Assembly: GCA_963779755.1 (NCBI GenBank)
Contig: CAVZZO010000003.1
Coordinates: 512,001-576,000 of the forward strand
Length of the DNA stretch: 64,000 nucleotides
Direction: 5' to 3'
Source: an uncultured Gemmatimonadales bacterium
GTDB taxonomy: Bacteria; Gemmatimonadota; Gemmatimonadetes; Gemmatimonadales; GWC2-71-9
Part shown: positions 9,488 to 20,965 of the stretch, piece after piece
Numbering within the stretch: position 1 is the first letter of the stretch
How the letters are laid out: each line of letters starts with the position of its first letter
Made by a program: the position numbers and the translations under genes
The notes under the pieces: model-generated
Told to the model about the DNA's origin: nothing
Databases searched by the model: none
Seen by the model: only the letters and a program-made list of their open reading frames with translations

Positions 9488-10356
9488 TAGGTCAGAAAGC
9501 TCTCCAGCGCCTTGGCCCGGCTCACGTGCCGCAGCCGGGTGAGCGCCTTTTCCTTGATCTGACGGACGCGCTCCCGGGTGATGCCGAGCAGGCTGCCGAT
9601 TTCCTCCAGCGTCATCGGTTCCGGGCCGTCGAGCCCGAAATAGAGCCGGAGAATTTTCGCTTCCCGCTCTTTCAGCGTGGAGAGCACCTCTTCGATGGAC
9701 TCGCTGAGCGCGTGCTCGAAGGTCTCGGAATCGGGCCCCGGGTTCTGGTTATCGGGGAGATAGTCCAGCAGCTTGTTGTCTTCCCCCGGGGTGAGGGGAG
9801 CGTCGAGCGAGAGATGGTTCTGCGAGATGGAGAGGGTCTTCTGGACCTCTTCCATGGAGATGTCCATGCCCTCGGCAATTTCCGAGGGCGTGGGCTCCCG
9901 CCCCAGCTCCTGCAGCAACGCGCTGGAACGCTTGCCGATCCGGTGCAGGGTCCCGGCGCGGTTGAGCGGCACCCGCACGATGCGGCTCTGCTCCGCCAGG
10001 GCCTGCAGAATGGCCTGGCGGATCCACCATACGGCGTAGGAGATGAACTTGATGCCCTTGGTTTCGTCGAACTTGTGGGCGGCGCGGATCAGCCCGAGGT
10101 TGCCCTCGTTGATCAGGTCGGCCAGGGAGACGCCCTGGTTCTGGTACTTCTTGGCCACCGACACCACGAACCGCAGGTTGCTGCGCACCAGTTTGTCGAG
10201 CGCTTCCTCTTCGCCGGTGCGGATGCGCTGGGCCAGCGACACTTCGTCGTCCTGCGAGATCAGCGGGTACTTGCTGATCTCCCGCAGGTACTGGTCCAGC
10301 GACCCTTCGTCCGACGTGGGGCCGCGCCGGCCGCGGCCGATCTGCATGGGGCGCAT
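9487..10356 (-). CDS. RNA polymerase sigma factor, RpoD/SigA family lacking region 1.1
   Basis: NLRFVVSVAKKY, DLINEGNLGL, KFISYAVWWIRQ, TLEEIG..TRERVRQI. Confidence 0.95.
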   Translation of the reverse strand: MRPMQIGRGRRGPTSDEGSLDQYLREISKYPLISQDDEVSLAQRIRTGEEEALDKLVRSNLRFVVSVAKKYQNQGVSLADLINEGNLGLIRAAHKFDETKGIKFISYAVWWIRQAILQALAEQSRIVRVPLNRAGTLHRIGKRSSALLQELGREPTPSEIAEGMDISMEEVQKTLSISQNHLSLDAPLTPGEDNKLLDYLPDNQNPGPDSETFEHALSESIEEVLSTLKEREAKILRLYFGLDGPEPMTLEEIGSLLGITRERVRQIKEKALTRLRHVSRAKALESFLT

Positions 10357-10554
10357 AAACTCAGGACCTCGACGGAGTGAACGACGGCATTGCTAACAGA
10401 CCGCAGGCGCGCGTGCCTCGCCCGCGCTGATCCGGCGAAGAACTCCGCAATGCAGGAAACACATGATCATGGTGATGCATGACACACTGGACGTAGCGGC
10501 CCTCCCAAGAACCTTACCCTGCCCTCCGGCGGGGCGCAACGGGGGGCGCGCCCC

Positions 10555-12048
10555 TCAGACGTCATAGGTATCGATCTGTGCCCGCTGCAACGTGCCGGAG
10601 TAGTCGACGTAGCAGACCTTCGTCTCGGAATAGAACTCGTAGACTTCCCAGCCGCCCTCCCGGTGCCCGTTGCCGGTCTGCTTCACTCCGCCGAACGGCA
10701 GGTGCGCTTCCGCGCCGATGGTCGGCGCGTTGATGTAGGTAATGCCGTTATCCAGCCGCTGCATCGCCCGGAACGCCGCGTCCACGTTCCGCGTGTAGAG
10801 CGAGCTCGACAGGCCGTAGCGCACATCGTTGTTCACCGTGATGGCCTCCTCCAGGGAGCTCACCCGGATGACGCTCAGCACCGGGCCGAAGATCTCTTCC
10901 TGCTCCAGCCGCGAGCCCGGCTTTACGCCGGCGAAGATCGTCGGCTGGTAGAACCAGCCCTGCCCCAGCCGTGCGCCCCGGGGCCGCTTGCCGCCGATCA
11001 CCAGCTCCGACCCCTCCTCCTGGCCGATCTCCACGTACTCCTCCACCTTGCGCCGCGCCGCCTCGTGGATCAGCGGCCCCACATCGGTCCTGGCCGCGCG
11101 GCCGTCCCCCAGCCGCAGCTTGCCGACCGCCTCCGCCAGCCGGGCGATGAACTTGTCGTGGATCCGGCGGTGGAGAATCAGCCGGCTGGTGGCCGTACAG
11201 CGCTGCCCCGTGGTGCCGAAGGCGCCCCAGAGCACCCCGTCCAGCGCCAGGTCCAGGTTGGCGTCGTCCATGACGATCTGCGCGTTCTTGCCGCCCATCT
11301 CCAGCGAGAAGCGCTTGTGCATCCGCCCGCAGCTCTCGCCGATGATCGACCCCGTGCCGGTCGAGCCGGTGAAGGAAATGACCGGTACGTCGGGATGCTC
11401 CACCAGGGCCTTCCCCACCTTGCGGCCGCTGCCGTGCACCAGCTGGATCACGCCCGGCGGAAAGCCGGCCTCGTCGGCCAGCTGCACCAGCAGATGGCCG
11501 GTGTGCGGCACGTCGCCCGAGGGCTTGAAGATCACCGTGTTTCCGCAGAGCAGCGCGGGGAACATCTTCCAGGTGGGAATGGCCATGGGAAAATTGAAGG
11601 GGGTGATGAGCCCCGCCACGCCGATGGGGCGCCGGTAGCTCATGGCCCACTTCTCCCGCAGCTCGGAGGGCACGGTATGCCCGAAGAGCCGCCGCCCTTC
11701 CGAGGCGGCGTAGTAGGCGGTGTCGATCCCCTCCTGCACGTCGCCCCGGGTCTCGGTCAGGACCTTGCCCATCTCCCGCGTCATGGCATCGGCGATCTCT
11801 TCCTTGTGATCGGCCAGCAGGTCGCCCAGCGCGCGCAGCAGGTCGCCCCGCGCCGGCGCCGGCGTGCTCGACCAGGCGGCAAAGGCTCCCCGGGCCGCGC
11901 GCACCGCCGCGCTCACGTCCACCGGATCGGAATCGGGGAACCGCCCGATCAGATCGCCGGTATCGGCCGGATTCCGGTTTTCGAAATACTCCCCGCTATG
12001 AGGAGCGACCCACTTGCCGCCGATGAAATTCTTGAAAGTCTTTGCCAT
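10555..12048 (-). CDS. Aldehyde dehydrogenase family protein
   Basis: ITPFNFP, FTGSTGTG, LEMGGKN, GQRCTA, EEIFGPV. Confidence 0.95.
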   Translation of the reverse strand: MAKTFKNFIGGKWVAPHSGEYFENRNPADTGDLIGRFPDSDPVDVSAAVRAARGAFAAWSSTPAPARGDLLRALGDLLADHKEEIADAMTREMGKVLTETRGDVQEGIDTAYYAASEGRRLFGHTVPSELREKWAMSYRRPIGVAGLITPFNFPMAIPTWKMFPALLCGNTVIFKPSGDVPHTGHLLVQLADEAGFPPGVIQLVHGSGRKVGKALVEHPDVPVISFTGSTGTGSIIGESCGRMHKRFSLEMGGKNAQIVMDDANLDLALDGVLWGAFGTTGQRCTATSRLILHRRIHDKFIARLAEAVGKLRLGDGRAARTDVGPLIHEAARRKVEEYVEIGQEEGSELVIGGKRPRGARLGQGWFYQPTIFAGVKPGSRLEQEEIFGPVLSVIRVSSLEEAITVNNDVRYGLSSSLYTRNVDAAFRAMQRLDNGITYINAPTIGAEAHLPFGGVKQTGNGHREGGWEVYEFYSETKVCYVDYSGTLQRAQIDTYDV

Positions 12049-12105
12049 TGCTCCGCTACGATTAAAGTGAAGTCCTGCCTCGGCCTCCTCGACCGTTCGA
12101 CCCGC

Positions 12106-12569
12106 TCAGCCCTGGCACATCCACGTCGCGGCGGCCCGCGCATAGCCAATGCGCGGGAGCATCACCGAAGCCCCGATGGCCAGCCCCCAGGCCACCACCA
12201 GCAGCGCCATGACATGGGCGGCCGGCAGCCGCCGGCGCCAGGTGGAAACGGCGCCCCAGATCCCTACCAGCACCACCAGCACCGTCGCCCCAAGATAGAG
12301 GAAGAGCGGCAACCCGCAGGGGTGCGCGTAAGGCCACTGGCTCAGCCCCACCGCCAGGGCCACCCCCAGCAGCACCCGGATCCAGCTGCCCAGCACCGCG
12401 CCCCGCGGATTGGCGGGCGTCTCGGGCCGGGCGGCCTTCCCGGGCTTCGCCGGAGGAACCCCGCCCGCCTCGGGACGCGCCGGCGGCCCCGCCGCCGGGG
12501 TACCCGACTTCGCCATCAGGCGGTCGATCTCCGCCAGTTCCTTGTCCCAGTCGCGCGGTTGGTCGGGGC

Positions 12570-12573
<4 letters not shown>
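12106..12573 (-). CDS. Hypothetical membrane protein (3 TM)
   Basis: RDWDKELAEIDRLM N-terminus, three hydrophobic helices; overlaps the upstream stop codon. Confidence 0.7.
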
Positions 12574-13987
<1,414 letters not shown>

Positions 13988-13991
<4 letters not shown>

Positions 13992-14632
13992 GGCGCCGGC
14001 GCGCCTCCGTAGAGAGTCACCCCCGAAGGGCGGATCCGGAGTCCGCTGATCCCCGCCGGGATGGTGAAAGGAATCGCGGCAGAACCGTTTCCGCCAATCG
14101 CCCGCTGCACCAGCCGGGGGACCATGTCACGCGGGAACGGGAAGCTCCCGATGGTGAGCTGATCCACCTTCCACTCCGCCCGACCGGCGCGCACCAGGAA
14201 GATGGGGCCGCCGGCCTCGAAGCGTTCGCGCGGGTGGATCATGCCGGCCAGCGGCCCCAGCAGGTTCCGGGGAATCCGCCGCGTGTCCAGCACTCCGCCC
14301 ACGCCCACCCGGCCGTCTCCCAGCACGACCTGCAGCGAGTCGATCTCCGAGCGCACCGCCGGATCGAGTCCGGCGCCCACCAGCGAGGCCATCTCATTCG
14401 CGCTCAGCACCACGGAGTCGGTCCGGGCGCGTCGCAGCGAATCCACCCGCGCCTCGGCCGTCCGCAGAGCCCGGGTGCCGGGATGACCCACCGCCGGGTC
14501 CTCCGCTCCCGGCCGGTGCATGGCGTGGCGAACCGCGGCGCCGATCCGGTCGCGGTAGAGCCAGGCGCCCAGAAGCAGCACCAGCACCAGTACGGCGGCC
14601 AGCAGCTTGAACGGCCAGGTAAGGCAACCCAT
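13988..14632 (-). CDS. Hypothetical membrane-anchored protein
   Basis: MGCL start plus one TM helix; translationally coupled to the downstream gene. Confidence 0.7.
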
Positions 14633-14640
14633 GAGACCGG

Positions 14641-14718
14641 CTCGACCTTCTCAGCCCTCTCGACCTCCTCGACCCGGTCGAGAAGGTCGAGGGGGTCGAG
14701 AGGGTCGAGAGAGTCGGG
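14641..14718. repeat. Palindromic array of 9-mer CTCGACCYY units
   Basis: About 4 direct units then about 5 inverted units around 14675; relatives at 20820-20896 and 58590-58677. Confidence 0.85.
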
Positions 14719-14721
14719 TCC

Positions 14722-15273
14722 TCATGAAGCCAGCGGCGTGGTATAACGCACTGTATACATTGCACCCCCCGGAGCGGTGCGGCTCTCGTAGAGCACCAGA
14801 CGGTCGGCGGCGAACGCGATCTCCGGCGCCGCCGGGACCGCCGACCAGGCATCGCGGGGTAACCGCCCGTCCCGCCTCACCCGGCCCAGAGTAATGTGCG
14901 GATGAAAGGGACGGCCCTCGCCTTCGAACCCCAGCGCCGACAGCTCCTGTTCCACCCGGTGGACCAGCAGCTCCAGCTCGCCCGCGGGCTCCAGACCGAA
15001 CCACAGGACCCGGGCGCGCTGCGGATCGGGAAAGGCCCCGAACTCGGCGCCGGCCAGCGGAATGGGAGCCTGCCCCTGCCCAGCCCGGTCCATGGCCTGC
15101 CCCAGCGATTCGGTAATCTCCGGCGGCACCTCGCCGAAGAAATGAACCGTGATGTGCAACCCGTCCGGCTGCACCCACTTCACCGGCCAGTCGCGCCGGC
15201 GCAGGTCGGCCAGGAAACGTCCCAGCTCGTCGCGGGCGGGCGCGGGTACGGGAATGCCGGCAAAGGCGCGCAT
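14722..15273 (-). CDS. thpR: RNA 2',3'-cyclic phosphodiesterase
   Basis: MRAFAGI, two HxT motifs (LHITV, PHITLGR), LVLYESR. Confidence 0.92.
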   Translation of the reverse strand: MRAFAGIPVPAPARDELGRFLADLRRRDWPVKWVQPDGLHITVHFFGEVPPEITESLGQAMDRAGQGQAPIPLAGAEFGAFPDPQRARVLWFGLEPAGELELLVHRVEQELSALGFEGEGRPFHPHITLGRVRRDGRLPRDAWSAVPAAPEIAFAADRLVLYESRTAPGGAMYTVRYTTPLAS

Positions 15274-16070
15274 CAGCTCCGGACCGGTAGCAGGCTCCCG
15301 CGCCGATAGCCGCGGGGATCCAGCTCCACTCCGGCAAAACCCAGCCCGAGCAGCGTGGGCTCGATCTGCGCCCAGGCGGATCGCGCCGTGGCAAAGTGGG
15401 CGGGCAGCATCTCCACCCGCGCGCGGTCTCCCAGATGCCGCACCCGCAGGTCGCCGTCGATGCCGAGCGACCGAAGAAACTCCTCGGCCGCTTCCACCTG
15501 CCGCAACCGCTCCGGCGTCACCGGCACCCCGTACCGCAGCCGGCTGGCCAGGCAGGGAGCCGCCGGCGCGTCCCAGACGGGAAGGCCCAGCTCCCGCGCC
15601 GCGCCGCGCACATCGTCCTTGCGCCAGCCCAGCTCCGCCAGCGGCGACTGGATCTTCCACTCCCGGCCGGCGGCCCAGCCGGGACGGTGCTCGCCCAGGT
15701 CGTCGGCATTGGTGCCATCAAGCACGGCGTCAAAGCCCCACTCCTCCGCCACCATGCGCAGCCGTTGCCACAGCTCGGTCTTGCAGAAATAGCAGCGGTT
15801 CACCGGATTGGCGGCGTAACGCTCGTCCTCCAGCTCGTAGGTATCCACCTCGTGCAGCGGCAGATCGAACCGGGCGGCGATCTCGCCCGCGATCCGGTGC
15901 TGCTCCGCGGGAAAGGACGCGCTGCGGCCGATTACGGCGAGCATGCGCGCGCGCCCCAGCGCGCGCCGCGCGGCAACCGCCAGCACGGCGGAATCCACGC
16001 CCCCGGAGTACCCCACCAGGACGGAGCCCAGGGAATGGAGATGCGCTTCCAGCGCCTGCAGCTGCGACAT
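15273..16070 (-). CDS. larE: ATP-dependent sacrificial sulfur transferase LarE family
   Basis: PP-loop SGGVDS, RCYFCK, DGTNADD..HRPG, PCLASR. Confidence 0.92.
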   Translation of the reverse strand: MSQLQALEAHLHSLGSVLVGYSGGVDSAVLAVAARRALGRARMLAVIGRSASFPAEQHRIAGEIAARFDLPLHEVDTYELEDERYAANPVNRCYFCKTELWQRLRMVAEEWGFDAVLDGTNADDLGEHRPGWAAGREWKIQSPLAELGWRKDDVRGAARELGLPVWDAPAAPCLASRLRYGVPVTPERLRQVEAAEEFLRSLGIDGDLRVRHLGDRARVEMLPAHFATARSAWAQIEPTLLGLGFAGVELDPRGYRRGSLLPVRS

Positions 16071-16206
16071 GCGGGAAACGTAATCCCGCCCCGGGGGAGA
16101 GGGAAACATGCAGGAACCGCGACGCCGAGCCGGGAAGCCCGGAGGATTCCGTCATGCCTCCGGATCGCGGTTAGAGTCTTTCGCGCCTTCGCGGTAAATT
16201 GCCCGC

Positions 16207-16638
16207 ATGGATGCGTCCCCTCTGGTGATCAGCACCGAGCTGGAGATTCCACCGGGCGAGCTCGAGTACCGCGCATCCCGCTCGGGCGGGCCGGGCGGGC
16301 AGCACGTGAACACCTCGTCCACCCGCATCGAACTGCGCTGGAACGTGCGGGAAAGTCCCAGCCTGAACGACGAACAGCGCGGGCTGCTGCTGCAGCGGCT
16401 CGCGTCGCGCCTCGACCGCAACGGGACCCTCCGGCTGGTCTCGGGAGCGCGCCGCAGCCAGCTGCAGAACCGGGAAACCGTGACGGAACGGCTGCAGAAG
16501 CTTGTGGCCGGCGCCCTGGTCCCCCGGCGCCCCCGCCGCAAGACCCGGCCCCCCCGGGCTGCGGTGGAACGACGGCTGGAATCCAAACGACGCCGGAGCC
16601 GGACGAAGCAGGAACGCCGGCGGCCACCGGATGAGTAA
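16207..16638 (+). CDS. arfB: Alternative ribosome rescue peptidyl-tRNA hydrolase
   Basis: SGGPGGQHVN, RSQLQNR, basic C-terminal tail. Confidence 0.95.
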   Translation: MDASPLVISTELEIPPGELEYRASRSGGPGGQHVNTSSTRIELRWNVRESPSLNDEQRGLLLQRLASRLDRNGTLRLVSGARRSQLQNRETVTERLQKLVAGALVPRRPRRKTRPPRAAVERRLESKRRRSRTKQERRRPPDE

Positions 16639-17164
16639 CCCGCCCGCGGGGCGAAACGTCACCGTCACCCGCACCTGGCTCGAGCTGCGGGAACAGGACC
16701 GCCTCACGGGGGCCGAGCTGCCGGCCGGCGCCACCGTACAGGTGCTGCAGCCCTGCCCCGCCGCGACCTATCGCCGGCTGTATCGTACCACCGGCAGCGC
16801 CTACCACTGGCGAGACCGCTGGGACTGGAGCGATGAAACCATCCACGCCCATCTTGCACGCGCCGGCATCACACTCCACGTGATGGAGATAGACGGTGAG
16901 ATCGCCGGCTGGTACGAGTTGGCCGGCGGCGAGGCGGGAGAGACGGAGTTGGCCTACTTCGGCCTCCTCCCCGGCTATGCCGGCCGGGGGCTGGGCAAGG
17001 CACTGCTGACCGACGCGGTGCGCCGCGCCCGGGCCGGGGGCGCCCGCCGAGTCTGGCTGCATACCTGCACCCTGGACGATCCCGCCGCCCTGCCCAACTA
17101 TCTCCGCCGCGGATTCGTTCCCTTCAGGGAAGAGCAGTATCAGGTGGACCTGACGGACGATTGA
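16631..17164 (+). CDS. GNAT family N-acetyltransferase
   Basis: YFGLLPGYAGRGLG, WLHTCTLD..ALPNY..RGF. Confidence 0.9.
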   Translation: MSNPPAGRNVTVTRTWLELREQDRLTGAELPAGATVQVLQPCPAATYRRLYRTTGSAYHWRDRWDWSDETIHAHLARAGITLHVMEIDGEIAGWYELAGGEAGETELAYFGLLPGYAGRGLGKALLTDAVRRARAGGARRVWLHTCTLDDPAALPNYLRRGFVPFREEQYQVDLTDD

Positions 17165-17200
17165 CGCCGGCCTGCCGGCGGCATTGCTTCAATCCAGCCC

Positions 17201-18028
17201 ATGGCCTCCAGCAAATCAGACTTCCCCAGCCGGCATCCCTCCCGGAGCACCGCCCTGGTGACCGGCGCCTCCAGCGGCATAGGCCGGGAGCTCGCGCGGG
17301 TGCTGGCGGCGCAGGGTCATGACCTGATCCTCACCGCCCGGCACGACGGGCCCCTGCGCGAGCTTGCCGCCGAAGTGCAGTCCCGCCACGGAATCACCGC
17401 CCGGGTGCTGCCGGAGGACCTCGCGACTACCGGTGGACCCGGACGGCTGCATGCCCGGCTGGCCGACGACGGGCTCGCGGTCGACGTGCTGGTCAACAAT
17501 GCCGGCTTCGGCGAGTACGGCCCCTTTGCCGCAAGCGACCCGGAACGCGACGCGGCCATGCTGCAGCTCAATGTCCAGGCTCTCACCCTGCTGACCCGCC
17601 TGCTTCTGCCCGGCATGCTGGCCCGCGGGCAGGGGCGCATCCTGAATGTCGCCTCCACCGCCGCGTTCTTTCCCGGCCCGCTGATGGCCGTGTACTATGC
17701 CTCCAAGGCGTACGTGCTGTCCCTGTCCGAAGCCCTGGCGGCCGAGGTGTCGGGCACCGGCGTGACGGTGACCTGTCTCTGCCCCGGACCGACACGTACC
17801 GGGTTCCAGGAGGAAGCGCATATGGAAGGAGTCCGGCTCGTCCGCCGGCCCCTCATGGATGCCGCCCGGGTGGCGCGCGCCGGCTACGCGGGCATGCGCC
17901 GGGGCCGCACCATCGTCGTTCCCGGAATGCTCAACCGCCTGATGATCCTGGCGCCCCGGTTCCTGCCGCGCCGCATGGCCGCGGCGCTGGTGCGCTGGGC
18001 CCAGGCGCCCGCCGGGGCCGGCGCATGA
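17201..18028 (+). CDS. Short-chain dehydrogenase/reductase
   Basis: TGASSGIG, NNAG, YYASK. Confidence 0.94.
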   Translation: MASSKSDFPSRHPSRSTALVTGASSGIGRELARVLAAQGHDLILTARHDGPLRELAAEVQSRHGITARVLPEDLATTGGPGRLHARLADDGLAVDVLVNNAGFGEYGPFAASDPERDAAMLQLNVQALTLLTRLLLPGMLARGQGRILNVASTAAFFPGPLMAVYYASKAYVLSLSEALAAEVSGTGVTVTCLCPGPTRTGFQEEAHMEGVRLVRRPLMDAARVARAGYAGMRRGRTIVVPGMLNRLMILAPRFLPRRMAAALVRWAQAPAGAGA

Positions 18029-19488
18029 CCGGGCCCCGCCCCGCAACGGCGGCACCGGCCCCGGACGACGCAGAGGAGACCGCCCTGGCACGGCGCATCT
18101 TCGAAGCGCAGCAGGCGCATCGGCCGGTCATGGCCGCCACCAGCGCGGGCCAGCGAATCGAGCGCCTGCAGCGGCTCAAGCGCCTGCTGCTCGAGCGCCG
18201 GGAGCAGGCCTGCTCGGCGCTGCACCGCGACTTCCGCAAGCATCCGGCGGAAACGGAATTGACGGAGATCCAGCCAGTGCTGGCCGAGCTGAACCACTCC
18301 ATCCGCCACCTGCGTCGCTGGATGGCGCCGCGACCGGTGTCCGGGTCCATTCTGCTGCTGGGCACCCGAAGCCGCATCGAATACGAGCCCAGGGGCGTGG
18401 TGCTCATCCTGGCTCCGTGGAATTACCCGCTGGCGCTGATCCTGATCCCGCTCATCGCCGCCGTCGCCGCCGGGAACTGCGTGATCCTCCGCCCCAGCGA
18501 GAAAGTCCCGGCGACCGCCGCGTTCCTGCGCGAGCTGCTGCGGGCAGCCTTCCCCCCTGAAGAGGCGGCGGTGGTGCTGGGCGGCATTGCCACGGCCGAT
18601 GCCCTGCTGGAGTTGCCGTTCGATCACTTCTTTTTCACCGGCAGCACGCCCGTCGGCCGCAAGGTGATGGCAGCGGCGGCCCGGAAGCTCGCGTCAGTAA
18701 CGCTGGAGCTGGGCGGGAAGTCGCCGGCCATCGTCGAGGCCTCCGCCGACCTGGCGCTCTCGGCGGACCGGATCGTCTGGGGCAAGTTCCTCAATGCCGG
18801 CCAGACCTGTATCGCGCCCGATCACGTGCTGGTGGAAGCCTCGGTCGCCGAGCGGTTCGTGGCGGAAGCCGGCGCCGCCATCCACCGGCTCTACGGCGCG
18901 ACGCCCGAGGCGCGCCAGGCCAATTCCAGCTTCTGCCGCATGGTGGATGCGGCGGCGTTCACCCGGGTCGAGGGGTTGCTGCGGGAAGCGACGCATCAGG
19001 GCGCCACGGTCGTGACGGGTGGAGAGACGGCGCCCGCCGACCGGTACATTGCCCCGACCCTGCTCACCGGGGTCCACCCGGAGATGAGCCTCATGCGGGA
19101 GGAGATCTTCGGGCCCCTGCTGCCGGTGCTCACCTGGCGGTCGCCCGATGAGCTCTGGCAGCTGGCCAAGCGCGGCGGCAGCCCGCTCGCGCTCTACGTC
19201 TTCAGCCGCAGGCGCGGATTCGTGGCTGAGGTAAAAAGGAACATCCAGGCGGGGGGCATGGGCGTGAACACCACGATGCTGCACTATGCCAATCCGTCGC
19301 TCCCCTTCGGCGGGATCGGCGAAAGTGGTCTCGGGGCCTACCATGGCGAATACGGCTTCCAGGCCCTCTCTCATTCCCGCGCACTGCTGGAGCAGGGGCG
19401 GTTCTCGCTGGCCGGGCTCTTCTATCCTCCCTACACCAAGAGCGTCCGGAAGCTGGTGGAGATGGTGACGGGCTGGGTGCTTCGGTAG
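18025..19488 (+). CDS. Aldehyde dehydrogenase (class 3-like)
   Basis: PWNYP, FTGS, LELGGKSP, NAGQTCIAPD, EEIFGP. Confidence 0.94.
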   Translation: MTGPRPATAAPAPDDAEETALARRIFEAQQAHRPVMAATSAGQRIERLQRLKRLLLERREQACSALHRDFRKHPAETELTEIQPVLAELNHSIRHLRRWMAPRPVSGSILLLGTRSRIEYEPRGVVLILAPWNYPLALILIPLIAAVAAGNCVILRPSEKVPATAAFLRELLRAAFPPEEAAVVLGGIATADALLELPFDHFFFTGSTPVGRKVMAAAARKLASVTLELGGKSPAIVEASADLALSADRIVWGKFLNAGQTCIAPDHVLVEASVAERFVAEAGAAIHRLYGATPEARQANSSFCRMVDAAAFTRVEGLLREATHQGATVVTGGETAPADRYIAPTLLTGVHPEMSLMREEIFGPLLPVLTWRSPDELWQLAKRGGSPLALYVFSRRRGFVAEVKRNIQAGGMGVNTTMLHYANPSLPFGGIGESGLGAYHGEYGFQALSHSRALLEQGRFSLAGLFYPPYTKSVRKLVEMVTGWVLR

Positions 19489-19623
19489 AGGAATAAGGAA
19501 CCAGGGACAAGGGACCAGGGAAGCGTGTACCAGGAGGTTGGTCCCTGGTCCCTGATCCCTGATCCCTGATCCCTGATCCCTGATCCCTGATTCCTGATTC
19601 CTGATCCCTGATTCCTGGTCCCT
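19489..19623. repeat. Heptamer GATYCCT tandem array with inverted arm
   Basis: 12 copies of G(A/G)TYCCT at 19540-19623; inverted AGG(A/G)ACC-like units at 19489-19523; lies between convergent genes. Confidence 0.9.
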
Positions 19624-20809
19624 ATCCCCCCCCTTCCTGCCTCTGGTACCGCCGTATCGCGCTGATCCCCATCGCCGGGCCCAGCGCCAGCACCGGAAAG
19701 GCCCATCGCCACCCCGCCGACTCGGCGAGATGCGGCACCAGCTCGATCGTCACCGTGGTGAGCAGAAATCCCAGGGAGGTCTGCAGGGTCAGCGCGGTCC
19801 CGACGGCGTGGGGCGGGGCCACTTCGGTCACCATGGCACTGAACTGGGCGGAATCGGCCACCACAAAGAAGCCCCAGATTACCGTGACCAGCCCCACCAG
19901 CCAGAGGGGCGCGCCGAACAGAAACCCGACCAGAAGAGAGATGAATCCGCTCACCGCCATCGCCAGGTTCACCGTGCGCCCATATCCCCACCGGCCAGCG
20001 ACCCAACCACCCCAGACACAGCCCGCACCGCCGGCGGCAATGGTGAGAAAGGCCAGCACGCTCACCGGTCCCGCCGCCCGGCCTGCGGGTACGCCCGCGG
20101 CGGCCGCGCTGGCGGCCAGAAACACGGGCGCCCAGGTCCACATGGCATACAGCTCCCACATGTGCCCCAGGTAGCCGCCGATGGCCAGCCGGGTCTCCCG
20201 GTGCCGCAGCACCAGGCCAACCAGCCCCCAGTGGAAGGGACGGCGTGGAAAGGGAGCCGGGCCATCCCGATACCCGGCGAGAACGAGCAGACCCCCGATG
20301 GCAGCGGCCGTGCTGGCCGCCAGCAGCACCCCGTTGGCAGAGGCGTGGGGCAGAGCCTTGATCAGATAAGGGGTCGCCTTCCCCACCGTCAGGGCGCCGA
20401 CGATAGTACCGATCGCTAGGCCTCTGCCGTTCCGGAACCAGGTTGAGATCATCTTCATGGCCGGCGGATAGACCCCAGCCAGGAAGAAGCCGGTCAGAAA
20501 CCGGCCCGCCAGCCCTCCGGCCGGGCCCATCGCGAGCGCCACCCCGGCGTTGGCCAGGGCCGCGCCGAGGGCACTGGCGCCGAAATACAGCCGGGCGGGA
20601 ACGAGATCGGCCAGGTTGAGCACCGCCGCCAGCGCGGTCCCCGCGACGAATCCCAGCTGCACCACCCCGGTCACCCAGGCGGTATCGGTGGCGCTCATCC
20701 CCCAGCGGCTGCCCAGGGCGCCGGCCACCGCGCTCCCCGCAAACCAGAGCGACATGCCGAGCAGCTCGGCAAGGGAAAGGAGGGCGAGGGCGGTGGACTT
20801 CCGTCGCAT
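19622..20809 (-). CDS. MFS transporter
   Basis: About 12 TM helices; LGMSLWF, VQLGFVAGT, GVYPPAMK, GHMWELYAMW, ADSAQFSA. Confidence 0.92.
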   Translation of the reverse strand: MRRKSTALALLSLAELLGMSLWFAGSAVAGALGSRWGMSATDTAWVTGVVQLGFVAGTALAAVLNLADLVPARLYFGASALGAALANAGVALAMGPAGGLAGRFLTGFFLAGVYPPAMKMISTWFRNGRGLAIGTIVGALTVGKATPYLIKALPHASANGVLLAASTAAAIGGLLVLAGYRDGPAPFPRRPFHWGLVGLVLRHRETRLAIGGYLGHMWELYAMWTWAPVFLAASAAAAGVPAGRAAGPVSVLAFLTIAAGGAGCVWGGWVAGRWGYGRTVNLAMAVSGFISLLVGFLFGAPLWLVGLVTVIWGFFVVADSAQFSAMVTEVAPPHAVGTALTLQTSLGFLLTTVTIELVPHLAESAGWRWAFPVLALGPAMGISAIRRYQRQEGGG

Positions 20810-20819
20810 CACGATCCGC

Positions 20820-20896
20820 TTGACCCTCTCGACCCGCTCGACCCGCTCGAACGCCCAGGCAGGTGGAGCGGGCTGAGGGAGTCGAGGAAGTCGGGG
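20820..20896. repeat. CTCGACC 9-mer palindromic repeat
   Basis: TGACCCTCTCGACCCGCTCGACCCGCTCGA...GAGTCGAGGAAGTCGGG. Confidence 0.65.
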
Positions 20897-20965
20897 TTGG
20901 GTTCCATGTGCAAGTCTCCCTTCCAGACGCATCTCCCGCCCGTCCAACAACCGGGGAGATATCCC

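Noticed and set aside
20920..20940. CCAG(A/C)CGCATCTC shared with 46678 as an ECF promoter element
   Set aside because: No matching -35 element at a consistent spacing; could be chance.
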